From the NCBI GenBank assembly GCA_965261485.1, contig CBDHCY010000005.1, positions 565,763 through 629,762 on the forward strand: DNA of 64,000 bases. Reading direction: 5' to 3'. Position numbers and translations under genes: made by a program. Shown here in pieces: positions 17,963 to 28,155 of this stretch. The stretch's first letter is position 1. Each line of letters starts with the position of its first letter. The stretch comes from Leptospiria bacterium. GTDB lineage: Bacteria; Spirochaetota; Leptospiria; Turneriellales; CBDBES01. The notes under the pieces were generated by a model. That model was not told where the DNA came from. It made no database searches and saw only the letters and a program-made list of their open reading frames with translations.

Positions 17963-19234
17963 TTAAATTTCTATATTTTTTTTAAAAATAGATTTGTCCA
18001 TATTATTATTTAAAATCTCATGGCAATATTTTTTCCCTTTTTCTACTCCAGGCTGATCAAAAGGATTTATGTTGTAGAGATAACCTAAATAGGTTACTAC
18101 GTGCATCCAATATCCAATCCATTTTCCCATAAGCCCCATATCTGGCTCTATTTTAACTGCATTATCTTTGTATATTTGAGGGAAAAGATATTCAGCGATT
18201 GGTCGTTTAGACTCAGTTAGGGCATATTCAACACCTTTCATTTGTGCTTGAAGAATTTCCCAAAGGGTATGATTTACAAAGCTACCTGCAATTCTATCAG
18301 AAAGTTTCGCATTAAAAGGAGCATAGCTTTTTGTGTGGCAAAAGATATGGATAAACTTATTAGGTCCATCTTGAAAAAATTGAAGAAGCGAATGTTGATC
18401 TTCTGGCCCTCTTACGAGATATGGCAATACCTCAATATGTTTATTTTTTCCTAAAGATTCTCCCCATAACTGAATAATCCAGTCACCCCAACCTAGCAAT
18501 TCCTTAGAGTAGACCCAAAAAACAACTCCATAAAAGCCACTGTTAAATAAAGTAAAAAATTCACAAGCCATCTTTTTAGCTTTATTTTCTTCAATAGGTA
18601 TTGAGATATGATACTCGTTATTTGCACTACAAAAACTATTTAAAAAATCTTGTTCATTCGCCCCCATAAAAAGAGCAGGCATAATACCCGCAGGTGAAAT
18701 TATACTAAATCGACCTCCTAAATTTTTAGGAATTTTTAAGATTCTTTTTTCATCATTACAAATATCTGAAATTTTATTTGGATAACTAGTAATAAAATAC
18801 TCTGGAATATTATTAAAAAATTCTCTTATTGTGGCTAAGTTTGCTCTTGATTCTAATGTTACTCCTGATTTGGATATCCATAAAATAGCTAAATTTTGAT
18901 TTTCAAATGTTTTACTATACTCTCTCAAGAAAAAAGGATGGGTTCCTTCCCAAAAAATAATTTTTGAAAAATTTTGAAAACCATATTTTTGAATTAACTT
19001 GGCTCCAAGTAAAGATCCACCCATACCAATAATAATTAAGCAGTTAATTTTATTAGTTTTTAGTTCATTTATCCAATTTTTACACTTTTGTAAATCATCT
19101 TTTTTAATATAGTCTGTTGTAAATGTTGGTCTCCACGTCTTCCAAGCCTTGTTTAATTTATTTTCAAGTTCTTTATTATTTTGTTGAGGGAGTAATTCAT
19201 CCCATTGTTTATTTTTAGATAGTTCAATATTCAT
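17963..19234 (-). CDS. pgi: Glucose-6-phosphate isomerase
   Basis: IGMGGSLLG, SKSGVTLE, GGRFS, QLWGESLGK, DQHS, NPFDQPGVE. Confidence 0.93.
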   Translation of the reverse strand: MNIELSKNKQWDELLPQQNNKELENKLNKAWKTWRPTFTTDYIKKDDLQKCKNWINELKTNKINCLIIIGMGGSLLGAKLIQKYGFQNFSKIIFWEGTHPFFLREYSKTFENQNLAILWISKSGVTLESRANLATIREFFNNIPEYFITSYPNKISDICNDEKRILKIPKNLGGRFSIISPAGIMPALFMGANEQDFLNSFCSANNEYHISIPIEENKAKKMACEFFTLFNSGFYGVVFWVYSKELLGWGDWIIQLWGESLGKNKHIEVLPYLVRGPEDQHSLLQFFQDGPNKFIHIFCHTKSYAPFNAKLSDRIAGSFVNHTLWEILQAQMKGVEYALTESKRPIAEYLFPQIYKDNAVKIEPDMGLMGKWIGYWMHVVTYLGYLYNINPFDQPGVEKGKKYCHEILNNNMDKSIFKKNIEI

Positions 19235-19254
19235 TAAAGTTTGAATTAAGATTA

Positions 19255-19794
19255 CTAGTAAGTTTTTTTGTCAGATATTTGATCTATATGTATTGAAGTT
19301 TGTTTATCAGTAAGATATTCCTTAAAAAATTGATTTAAATCTGACCTTCTTTTAGCTTTTGAAGCTAAAGCCGAATTAGGTAAAGCTTGTCTGATAACAG
19401 TATAAATTTTCTGAGCTCCAACAATGTCACCCATAATTTCTAAAAGCTTGGCTTCTTCCAAATAATATTTTAGTCCTTTCGAAGAGAATCCAAGTTCTTG
19501 AAATAATTGATGATAAATTTCTTTTGCTGCCACAAATTGTTGTTTCTCTTGATAAATAATAGCAATTTTTGCGAGTACTTGGCTCCTTCGGTCAGACCGA
19601 GGGTAAAGGTCAATAAAATCTTGAAAAATGAGTAATGATTGATCGACACGATTTTCGTCGTAAAGACTATTCCCCAATCGCAGACTAAGCTCTTCTTCTT
19701 TGGAAGTAGAGCGTTTATTTAAACTTTCTTGTGAAATAATTTCAGAAAGCATAATAAAGGCATAGACTAAATAAATAAAAAAATAAAATTTCAC
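19255..19794 (-). CDS. Secreted TPR-repeat protein (CpoB/BamD-like TPRs)
   Basis: Signal-like N-terminus; FQDFIDLYPRS and LPNSALA TPR-type helices. Confidence 0.65.
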   Translation of the reverse strand: MKFYFFIYLVYAFIMLSEIISQESLNKRSTSKEEELSLRLGNSLYDENRVDQSLLIFQDFIDLYPRSDRRSQVLAKIAIIYQEKQQFVAAKEIYHQLFQELGFSSKGLKYYLEEAKLLEIMGDIVGAQKIYTVIRQALPNSALASKAKRRSDLNQFFKEYLTDKQTSIHIDQISDKKTY

Positions 19795-19871
19795 GGCACT
19801 ATATTTCTAATTCTTAGGTTATCGACAAGGAAAAAACTTCATAAATAAAAAAAATTGACGACAATTTTAAT

Positions 19872-20393
19872 ATGCAAATGGATCAATTAAACCCAGAATT
19901 AGATGTTTTTATAACTAAAAAGAAACTTTCTAAGTTAAAAATTAAAGAGCTTATTTTTATAAAACAATTTATTGATCGTTTGGCTGTTAAACCCTATATT
20001 AACGATGAGACTTTAGTAAAAATCAAGAATAAATTTGGTGTGTTGCCTGATATCACTACATGGGGTGATTATTTTCAAACTGAAATTGCAACAGAGCATT
20101 GGAAAAAAACAGATTATGAGTTTTATAAAATAATTCAAACCGTTATTTATGATATCATTATTTCAGCCATGATTTTTTATAAAAAAGATGAACAGGCGAT
20201 AGAACAATTTACAAAATTCAAATGGCTGGCGTTGGGTGGAAGTCTTCACGAGACCTTTGAGTCAAATGAAGAGCTTGATCATTTTAATATATTATTTTCA
20301 TATTATGAAAATATGGGTTTAGATTTATCTCTATTACAAAAAGAAGATTTTATATTTTTATCAAAATTTAGACTTGATGCTCAAGCCTCATAA
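19872..20393 (+). CDS. Hypothetical protein
   Basis: 173-aa ORF with genome-like codon usage; no motif recognised. Confidence 0.6.
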   Translation: MQMDQLNPELDVFITKKKLSKLKIKELIFIKQFIDRLAVKPYINDETLVKIKNKFGVLPDITTWGDYFQTEIATEHWKKTDYEFYKIIQTVIYDIIISAMIFYKKDEQAIEQFTKFKWLALGGSLHETFESNEELDHFNILFSYYENMGLDLSLLQKEDFIFLSKFRLDAQAS

Positions 20394-20491
20394 TTTACGA
20401 TAAATTTATGCTATTTTGTATCAGTATTAATATTTGATATTATTCGCATTCATTATTTTTAAATTTTGTTTCGTTTAATACGCTTTTAAAT

Positions 20492-21226
20492 TTGAATATA
20501 TTACTTTTATTGGTATTCGCTCTTTTCCATTTTAGCATTTCTTTTTTGCAAGGTCACTTTCAACCTAGAAATACAAAAGGATTTATTAAAGTACCGTTCA
20601 AATATTCTCTGGGTAAAACTCTTTATTTACAAAAAAATGTTTTAAAAGCATTCCAAAAAATGCATTATACCGCCAAAAAAGAAGGTTTAAATATTTTTTT
20701 ATGTTCTGCAACTCGAAATTATAACGCTCAAAAAAAAATTTGGGAAGCTAAATTTTTAGGACATCAGAAAGTTGATGGTATTAATCTTGCTAAACATATA
20801 AAATCAAAAAAGGTGAGGATAAAAATTATTTTGAAGTTTTCTTCAATGCCCGGAACAAGTCGACATCATTGGGGTACTGACATCGACCTTGTTGCGTCAC
20901 CAAAAGATCAGTTACAGAATCATTATTTCGAGAAAGGGGTTGGCTTAAAACTATACCAATGGCTCAGAAAAAATGCTTCACGTTTTGGTTTTTGCCAGCC
21001 ATATTATCTATCTCCCATAAAAAGAAATAAAAAAAGAATTAAAATTGGATATGATGAAGAAAAATGGCATTGGTCTTATAAACCGCTTGCTTTAAAGTAT
21101 TTTCAAAAATATAAAGAAAACATGAGCAAGTTGAAACCAAAAGGTTTTGTCGGCAGTGACGTTGGGGTTAAGCTTTATCGTGACTATATTCTGAACGTAC
21201 ACTCTGAATGTTTAGAGGATGGATAA
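20492..21226 (+). CDS. M15B family D-Ala-D-Ala carboxypeptidase (VanY-like)
   Basis: SATRNYNAQ, PGTSRHHWGTDID, EKWHWSY zinc motifs. Confidence 0.9.
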   Translation: MNILLLLVFALFHFSISFLQGHFQPRNTKGFIKVPFKYSLGKTLYLQKNVLKAFQKMHYTAKKEGLNIFLCSATRNYNAQKKIWEAKFLGHQKVDGINLAKHIKSKKVRIKIILKFSSMPGTSRHHWGTDIDLVASPKDQLQNHYFEKGVGLKLYQWLRKNASRFGFCQPYYLSPIKRNKKRIKIGYDEEKWHWSYKPLALKYFQKYKENMSKLKPKGFVGSDVGVKLYRDYILNVHSECLEDG

Positions 21227-22840
21227 TCAGGTCGGCTTTTTTATTGATACAGTTATATTATTTTCTTGCTTAAAATATTTTTTTAATACTCGTTTTATAT
21301 CTTTAGATGATATTTTATTAATATTTTTGATTAATTTGAAGAAATATTTATAGTCGTTTAACATTAATTCATAGTAACTCAGTGAATCAGCTAGAGTAGA
21401 ATTTGATTCAAGAGAAGAAATAAGTTTTGCATAATAGTTAATCTTAACTCTTTTTAATTCTTTTGCCTGAGGGCCTTCTTTTTGTAACTTTTGAATTTCT
21501 TCCTGAATAATTTGAAATATTTTAGAGTATTTTTTACTAAAATATGGTGTGGTAAAAAGAGCGTATGTGTTATCTAATTTTTCTCCAGGAATGCCGGTAT
21601 ATGATCTGATTGATTGAACAAGCTTATCTTGAATAACCAATCGTTTAACAAGTCTTGAGTTAGCACCGCTGGTTAGTAATTCACTAATCACTTCAAAAAT
21701 GAGATGATCAGAATGAAATAAAGATGGTTTATACCAACCAGTGATCATGTAAGGGGTATGGTCTACTACGAGTTCTGCCATTTTACGCCCTTTGGGAGCT
21801 TCATATTTGATGGCAGGAAATTCAGCAGGTTCTCTTTTGGGAATTCGTTCAAAATATTTTTTGACTGTTTCTAATGTATCTTGAAATTGGATATCTCCAA
21901 CAATCGTAATTACCATTTTTCTAGGAATATAACGACTTTTAAAAAATTGCTGAGTATCTTTTAGGCGAAGATTCGAGATATTACTAGAGAATCCAATTAC
22001 AGGTTTTCCATAAGGACTCATTCCAAAAGCTGTTTTGACAAATAATTCATAGAGAAGTGAAGAAGGCCTAGAGTCATAACGCATTTTTCTTTCTTCTTGA
22101 ATAATTTCACGTTCAATATAAAATTCACGAAAAATAGGTTGAAGAAGTCGATTGCTTTCTAGCCAAGCCCATAGCTGTAAGCGATTTTTGGGAAGCTGTA
22201 TCTGATAGTTAGTGACATCTGCAGAAGTATATGCGTTATAACCAACTTGGCCTGCCAGTGAGTATGCTTGTGAGTCTTCTTCACTGACAATAAACTTTCT
22301 CACCAATTGATTTAAACTTTTTAAAAGTGATTTATCTTTTTGTATTTTAAGTATAATTTCCTGTTTTTTCTTTTTAGAAAGAAGGGGGTCAAGCAATATT
22401 GCTTGATTTCTATCGATTCGCTCGCCTACAAAAAATATTTCCTTCAAATAAATTTTCTCTTTACTAAAATCAGTTGTTCCCAATTGGAGAGTTCCTTTGA
22501 AAAGAAGATGTTCCAAAAAATGAGCTGTACCTGCCTGATCAAATGGTTCATCACTGGCTCCTACTCCAATTTTTAAATAGCAGGCGATAGTGGGAGTGAT
22601 TCCATTTTTCATTAAAATTACTCGAATGCCATTTGCGAGTGTATATTTTTTAATATTTTTTGAAAAACGTCTTTCAATTGAATCAAAATTTATATTAGAA
22701 GCGAATAACTGATTTGTCGATAAAACATTGACAGTAATAAAGAGAAGAAAATAAAAAAGATAACTAATAAGTTGATACCTAAAAATAATGCGGGATTCTC
22801 GCATAGTGGAAAAAAAATAAAATCTTGAGTTTATGTACAC
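21227..22840 (-). CDS. M16 family zinc metallopeptidase
   Basis: GTAHFLEHLLFKG (HxxEH), NAYTSAD, EERKMR; true start probably downstream (e.g. ATG 22804). Confidence 0.9.
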   Translation of the reverse strand: MYINSRFYFFSTMRESRIIFRYQLISYLFYFLLFITVNVLSTNQLFASNINFDSIERRFSKNIKKYTLANGIRVILMKNGITPTIACYLKIGVGASDEPFDQAGTAHFLEHLLFKGTLQLGTTDFSKEKIYLKEIFFVGERIDRNQAILLDPLLSKKKKQEIILKIQKDKSLLKSLNQLVRKFIVSEEDSQAYSLAGQVGYNAYTSADVTNYQIQLPKNRLQLWAWLESNRLLQPIFREFYIEREIIQEERKMRYDSRPSSLLYELFVKTAFGMSPYGKPVIGFSSNISNLRLKDTQQFFKSRYIPRKMVITIVGDIQFQDTLETVKKYFERIPKREPAEFPAIKYEAPKGRKMAELVVDHTPYMITGWYKPSLFHSDHLIFEVISELLTSGANSRLVKRLVIQDKLVQSIRSYTGIPGEKLDNTYALFTTPYFSKKYSKIFQIIQEEIQKLQKEGPQAKELKRVKINYYAKLISSLESNSTLADSLSYYELMLNDYKYFFKLIKNINKISSKDIKRVLKKYFKQENNITVSIKKPT

Positions 22841-22960
22841 TATATTTGTTATTTAGGCTATGTATAAGATTTACTTACGATATTTGACTGCATTAGGTTT
22901 TAATTAAAATATAGAAAGAAAATCTTAAATTTTATATCCTTACTCTTTAATGATCATCAA

Positions 22961-23689
22961 CTATTTTTTTTTATTAAGAGTTTTAATTTTTTTGATAAGA
23001 AGTAACTCATCTCGAATTTTAGCCGCTTCCTCATAATTTTCATCTTTTACAGCAACCTTAAGCATTTGTTTCAAAACGTCTGCCTTAGATTTACTTTTTT
23101 GATTGGACCTTTTAAGTTTTATTTGTTTTTTTTTAGTCGTATGGCTGAAATCATCAATCAAACTTTTGAGAATATCATTTGTTTTTTTTTCTTCATCTGA
23201 GACAACACCAATATTTAGAATATTAGAAAGTTCAGCTAATATTTGGTCAGACGCATCACTAGAGGCTAGTTTATCAATACGATCTTTTATGTGTTCAATA
23301 TTAATTGCCGTAGTCTCGTAAACATATTCTGACATAAAAATAGGAGCATTAAACCGGATGGCCATTGCAATAGCATCAGAAGGACGAGCATCAATTTCAA
23401 TATCATTTCCTTTAGTATCTCTGATATACAGCTTTGCAAAAAAAGTACCATTTCTAAAATCATCAACTAAGATTCGAGTTATTTTATGGTGAGCACCATC
23501 AAGTATATTTTTCATAAGGTCATGGGTGAGTGGTCTTTCTCGTTCCTGATTTTCTAAAGCATTAGATATTGAATAAGTTTCTAATGGTCCAATAAAAATT
23601 GGAACAACTTTTTCTCGACCAGGAGGTTTTAAGATAATAGCAAAACCCATTTGAGTGACAGACACTTCTACAATTTCAATTTCAAGCAT
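22961..23689 (-). CDS. Bifunctional nuclease family (DUF151) protein with C-terminal UVR motif
   Basis: PIFIGPLE, RPLTHDL, IDARPSDAIAMA; C-terminal AVKDENYEEAAKIRD; start taken at MLEIEIVEV. Confidence 0.88.
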   Translation of the reverse strand: MLEIEIVEVSVTQMGFAIILKPPGREKVVPIFIGPLETYSISNALENQERERPLTHDLMKNILDGAHHKITRILVDDFRNGTFFAKLYIRDTKGNDIEIDARPSDAIAMAIRFNAPIFMSEYVYETTAINIEHIKDRIDKLASSDASDQILAELSNILNIGVVSDEEKKTNDILKSLIDDFSHTTKKKQIKLKRSNQKSKSKADVLKQMLKVAVKDENYEEAAKIRDELLLIKKIKTLNKKK

Positions 23690-23746
23690 ACTGTATGCAA
23701 TAAAACTGCTTTCAGATCTGTAAAGGATAAAAAGAGATGCTTTTAT

Positions 23747-24862
23747 ATGAAATTTAAATTTCATCTCGAAAAAGAAGATATTAATGCTAGAGTAGGTAAA
23801 CTTGTGTTCGAAAATGGTGAAGAAGTTTTAACTCCCGTTTTTATGCCCGTAGGAACTCAAGCGAGTATAAAATCACTTAGTCAAAATGATTTATCTGATA
23901 TTGGTTATGGCCTTATTTTGGCTAATACCTATCACTTATACCTTCGTCCAGGAATGGAAGTACTAAAAAAATTTGAAAATCTGCATCACTTTATGTCTTG
24001 GTCTGGGCGTATTTTGACTGATTCAGGTGGATTTCAGGCATTTTCTCTTAAAAAATTGACAAAATATGAAGAAAAGGGTATTTCCTTTCAATCTTATTTA
24101 GACGGAAGTTCTCATTGGTTTGATCCCCAAAAGGTGCTTGATATTCAAAAAATTATTGGCTCAGATATTGTTATGCCTTTGGATGATTGCGCTCCCTATC
24201 TTTCTTCAGCAGATCGATTGAAAGCTTCATTACGGAGAACTCACAATTGGTTCAAAGAATCATATCACTATTTTTATGACAAACACTATCAAAATGAACA
24301 AACACTCTTTGCCATTATTCAAGGCGGAACTGATCTTAATATGAGAAAAATATCTTGTGAGACATTAAGAAAATATGAACCTGATGGTTATGCAATAGGA
24401 GGTCTTTCGATTGGAGAAAAAAATGATAAATTTAGAGAAGCACTTGCTGTCTCAACGAATAATATTCCTAAAGATAAACCTCGTTATTTGATGGGGGTTG
24501 GGTCGATTCCTGAGATTTTTGACGCGGTTAAATTAGGTGTGGATATGTTTGATTGTGTTTTACCTACTCGAAATGCACGTAATGGACAACTTTTTACATG
24601 GAATGGTAAACTAAATATTCGCAATGCCCAATACGCGAATGACATCTCTCCTATTGATCAAAATTGCTCATGCCGTGTGTGTCTTCAATATAGTCGAGCT
24701 TATTTGAGACACCTTCATAAAAGTAATGAACTTTTAGCTTATTCATTATCTACTTTTCATAATTTGGCTTTTATATTCTCTTTTATGAAAAAAATAAGAG
24801 TAACACTCGAGAAAGGGAAATCTTTGGAAAGCCTTGAAAACTTTATGAATTCAAAAAATTAA
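23747..24862 (+). CDS. tgt: tRNA-guanine transglycosylase
   Basis: TPVFMPVGT, LANTYHL, LTDSGGFQ, DMFDCVLPTRNARNG, CSCRVC zinc site. Confidence 0.97.
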   Translation: MKFKFHLEKEDINARVGKLVFENGEEVLTPVFMPVGTQASIKSLSQNDLSDIGYGLILANTYHLYLRPGMEVLKKFENLHHFMSWSGRILTDSGGFQAFSLKKLTKYEEKGISFQSYLDGSSHWFDPQKVLDIQKIIGSDIVMPLDDCAPYLSSADRLKASLRRTHNWFKESYHYFYDKHYQNEQTLFAIIQGGTDLNMRKISCETLRKYEPDGYAIGGLSIGEKNDKFREALAVSTNNIPKDKPRYLMGVGSIPEIFDAVKLGVDMFDCVLPTRNARNGQLFTWNGKLNIRNAQYANDISPIDQNCSCRVCLQYSRAYLRHLHKSNELLAYSLSTFHNLAFIFSFMKKIRVTLEKGKSLESLENFMNSKN

Positions 24863-24869
24863 TGTAGTG

Positions 24870-25517
24870 ATGACACAAATTAAAATTTGTGGTTTAGCAC
24901 GTTATGAAGATGCCTGTCTTGCTTCATCTCTAGGAGCTAATTACTTGGGAATGGTCTTTTATGAAATGAGTAAAAGACGTTGTCTTCTTGACGAAGCTCA
25001 TAAAATTATAACTAATTTATACCAACAAAAAATAATTTTTGTATTCGGACATGACTCATATGAATATATATTAAATATTCTTTCTCATTTTCTCTGTGAA
25101 AAGTGGATGATTCAAGTACCATTTGATCATAAATCTCTTATTCAATTGACAAAAGTAATTACTCCATTAAAAATTATGCTTTCGATACCCATTCAAAGTG
25201 ATGTTAATGACTCTAAATTATTACCTTTCAAAAAATATCATGCTTTAATTTTAGATACAGGTGGACAAAAAGATGAATTAGGTCAATTAATGCTTGGAGG
25301 TACAGGAGTTAGCTTTGATTGGAGATATATAGAAAATTTAAAAATTAAATATTTTCTTGCTGGTGGACTTTCTGATCAAAATATTGAGAATGCTCTTGGT
25401 AAACTGAATCCCTATGGAGTGGATGTTTCAAGTGGACTAGAAAAAAAACCAGGAGTTAAAAATCAACAAAAATTAATTACTTTTATCAAAAAGGTTAGGC
25501 AATATAAAAGAGATTGA
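24870..25517 (+). CDS. trpF: Phosphoribosylanthranilate isomerase
   Basis: IKICGL, GGTGVSFDW, FLAGGL, GVDVSSGLE. Confidence 0.92.
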   Translation: MTQIKICGLARYEDACLASSLGANYLGMVFYEMSKRRCLLDEAHKIITNLYQQKIIFVFGHDSYEYILNILSHFLCEKWMIQVPFDHKSLIQLTKVITPLKIMLSIPIQSDVNDSKLLPFKKYHALILDTGGQKDELGQLMLGGTGVSFDWRYIENLKIKYFLAGGLSDQNIENALGKLNPYGVDVSSGLEKKPGVKNQQKLITFIKKVRQYKRD

Positions 25518-25542
25518 CACTTTAAAAGTGTCTGAATATTTT
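25514..25542 (+). promoter_or_regulatory. sigma70-like promoter directly before the mutS ATG (possible leaderless mRNA)
   Basis: TTGACA (25514-19)-N17-TATTTT (25537-42), then 7 nt to ATG 25550; no SD. Confidence 0.45.
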
Positions 25543-25549
25543 ATATTCA

Positions 25550-28024
25550 ATGTCTATGACAAAAAAGCAACCACTAAAAAAAACTCCGATGATGGAGCAA
25601 TATCTCTCTATTAAAAAAAGATATCCTCATGAAATCTTATTTTTTAGAATGGGTGATTTTTATGAAATGTTTTTAGAAGACGCAATCTATGCGGCGGGTG
25701 TATTAGATATCGCTCTTACTAAAAGGGGAGATGGTATTCCTATGTGTGGAGTACCTTATCATGCTTGGCAAAATTATGTTTTAAAAATTCTAAAAGATGG
25801 TAAGAATGTTGCTATTTGTGAACAAATAGAAGATCCTAAAGATGTAAAAGATCGTATTTTACAAAGAGATGTAATTCGTGTTCTTACCTTGGGTACTATC
25901 TTTGAAGAAGAGTTAATTGATAAAACTAGCCGTTCTCTTTTGGCTAGTATTTTTCATTCTGATCAGGAGAGTTTTTCTTTGGCGATGGCCGATTTATCGA
26001 CTGGTGAGCTTTGGCTTAATTTTATTAAAAATGATGAGCTTGAAAATTATCTCAAAACTTATAATGTCACAGAACTTCTTATCCCTCAAAATTTAGAAGC
26101 ATTGGTTCAGCTTAATCTCAAAATAGAGATAAAAAATTATCATTTTACTAAGAATCAATATCAAGAAAAAATTAAAAACTCTTTTGGAGTAGAGCAAATT
26201 TCACTTCTTGAGTTTTCTCAACCAGAGATTATTAATTTAACCCGACTTTTTTCTTATATTGAAGAAATTGCACCTCGTCTTATCATAAAATGGCAAAAAC
26301 CTATAAAATATTATCTTAAAAAAAATATGTATTTAGATAATATTGCTTTAGAAACGTTAGAAATTCTCAATGACCAAGAGGGCACGGGGCAGGCTTCGTT
26401 GATTTCTATTTTAAATAAAACAAAAACTAAAGCGGGGAATCGACTTTTACGTGAAATGCTGATGACCCCTTCTCTAAATAAAGAAGAAATCAACGAAAAA
26501 TATGACTTAGTTGAGTTTTTTGTCAGAGAAGAGAACTTACGTAAAGAAGCTCAAGAAAATCTTAGACAAATAAAAGATGCCGCTCGTATTTTAAATCATC
26601 TTAGGTATTCACCAAAAGTAACTCACTTGGGTGATTTAAAGCAAACACTCAATGCTTTACAAGAATTGAAGAATCTTTTCAAAAATTATCAGCAAGAGCT
26701 TCCACCTCGTATAGCTTCATTTTGGGGTAATTCAAAATTTCCTATTGAGGCACTCAAGCAGCTCAACGAAATACTTGTTGAAAATGATCTTCCTGTTTTA
26801 CTTGATGAGCGTCGATTTGTTAAAAAAGGTTTTTCAAAAGAACTTGATGAATTATTTCAATTATCAGAGTCTGCCCATGAATTAGTATCAAATTTTGAAA
26901 AAAAAGAACAAAAACAATGGGGTATTTCTACATTAAAAATTCGCTATAATAAAATTATTGGTTATCATGTTGAAATTTCTAAAGGTATGGCTCATTTAGC
27001 ACCAAAGCATTATCTACGGCGACAAACCCTCACAAATGCTGAAAGATTCAGCCTCGAAGAACTAAATAAACTCGAAAGCCGCATCTTAAATGCCAAAGAA
27101 CATATTATTCAAAAACAAAAAGAAATCTTTAATGTATTACTTCAATTTTTGTTAAAAGAAGCAAGATTAATTCTCATATGGGTTCATCAGACTTCATTTA
27201 TAGATTGTATGATTTCTTTTACTGAAGTGGCGGTTCAAAATAAATATACACGACCTATTATTAGGGATGATGGAGAGATGATTTTAAAAGATTCACGTCA
27301 CCCTGTTGTTGAAAAAATTTTCAAAGAAGAAGTTTTTGTACCTAATGATGTTCATCTTAATCATAAAGATAGGCATCTAGCGATTCTTACTGGACCGAAT
27401 ATGTCTGGTAAATCAACTTATATTCGACAAATTGGTTTGATCCAAATTATGGCCCAAATTGGCTCGTTTGTCCCTGCATCTCACGCAGAGCTTCCTTTGG
27501 TTGATCGTATTTTTACTCGTATTGGTGCCTATGATAGGCTTTTCAAAGGGGAAAGTACTTTTTTTGTAGAAATGGCAGAATGTGCTAAAATATTTCAACA
27601 CTATACCCATCATTCTCTTATACTTTTAGATGAAGTAGGCAGAGGAACATCTACTTTTGACGGAGTTAGTATTGCACAAGCAATGTTAGAATTTTTAAAT
27701 CGAAATGATGGTCCTCGAGTCAAAACACTTTTTGCAACTCATTTTACAGAGTTATCTGAGCTTATAGATCCTAATCGTGGTATTTTTGGTCTAACTGTTC
27801 AAATTATTGAAGAGAATCAACATATCTCTTTTTTACGTAAAATTAGAGAAGGTGTTACTTCTAAATCATATGGAATTCATGTTGCTCAATTAGCAGGAGT
27901 ACCTCTTCAGGTAGTTTCTCGAGCTCAAGAAATTATGAAAAAATTTGAAGAATCAACTATGGACTCAATTCAGAAGGTAAATAAGAAAAAAGGTTCTCTA
28001 AAAAAACAATTAGCTATGTTTTAG
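25550..28024 (+). CDS. mutS: DNA mismatch repair protein MutS
   Basis: TPMMEQY, FFRMGDFYEMF, GPNMSGKSTY, STFFVEM, DEVGRGTST, FATHF, SYGIHVA. Confidence 0.98.
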   Translation: MSMTKKQPLKKTPMMEQYLSIKKRYPHEILFFRMGDFYEMFLEDAIYAAGVLDIALTKRGDGIPMCGVPYHAWQNYVLKILKDGKNVAICEQIEDPKDVKDRILQRDVIRVLTLGTIFEEELIDKTSRSLLASIFHSDQESFSLAMADLSTGELWLNFIKNDELENYLKTYNVTELLIPQNLEALVQLNLKIEIKNYHFTKNQYQEKIKNSFGVEQISLLEFSQPEIINLTRLFSYIEEIAPRLIIKWQKPIKYYLKKNMYLDNIALETLEILNDQEGTGQASLISILNKTKTKAGNRLLREMLMTPSLNKEEINEKYDLVEFFVREENLRKEAQENLRQIKDAARILNHLRYSPKVTHLGDLKQTLNALQELKNLFKNYQQELPPRIASFWGNSKFPIEALKQLNEILVENDLPVLLDERRFVKKGFSKELDELFQLSESAHELVSNFEKKEQKQWGISTLKIRYNKIIGYHVEISKGMAHLAPKHYLRRQTLTNAERFSLEELNKLESRILNAKEHIIQKQKEIFNVLLQFLLKEARLILIWVHQTSFIDCMISFTEVAVQNKYTRPIIRDDGEMILKDSRHPVVEKIFKEEVFVPNDVHLNHKDRHLAILTGPNMSGKSTYIRQIGLIQIMAQIGSFVPASHAELPLVDRIFTRIGAYDRLFKGESTFFVEMAECAKIFQHYTHHSLILLDEVGRGTSTFDGVSIAQAMLEFLNRNDGPRVKTLFATHFTELSELIDPNRGIFGLTVQIIEENQHISFLRKIREGVTSKSYGIHVAQLAGVPLQVVSRAQEIMKKFEESTMDSIQKVNKKKGSLKKQLAMF

Positions 28025-28155
28025 GCTTCTTGTTTTTAACAATTTATATTTACAATATAAGTAGACAACAAGTCGATATATTAATCAAACCAATTGGTCA
28101 ATTACATTATACTTTATCAAAAATAGTTTTTTTATGAGCGGCTAAAATAAAATAA

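Noticed and set aside
22250-22490. Helical insertion after HxxEH in the M16 peptidase
   Set aside because: To my knowledge this insertion is typical of a widespread M16B subgroup; not novel
23651-23764. Apparent head-to-head overlap of tgt and the DUF151 gene in the ORF track
   Set aside because: Family homology begins at 23747 (+) and 23689 (-), so the extensions are longest-ORF artefacts
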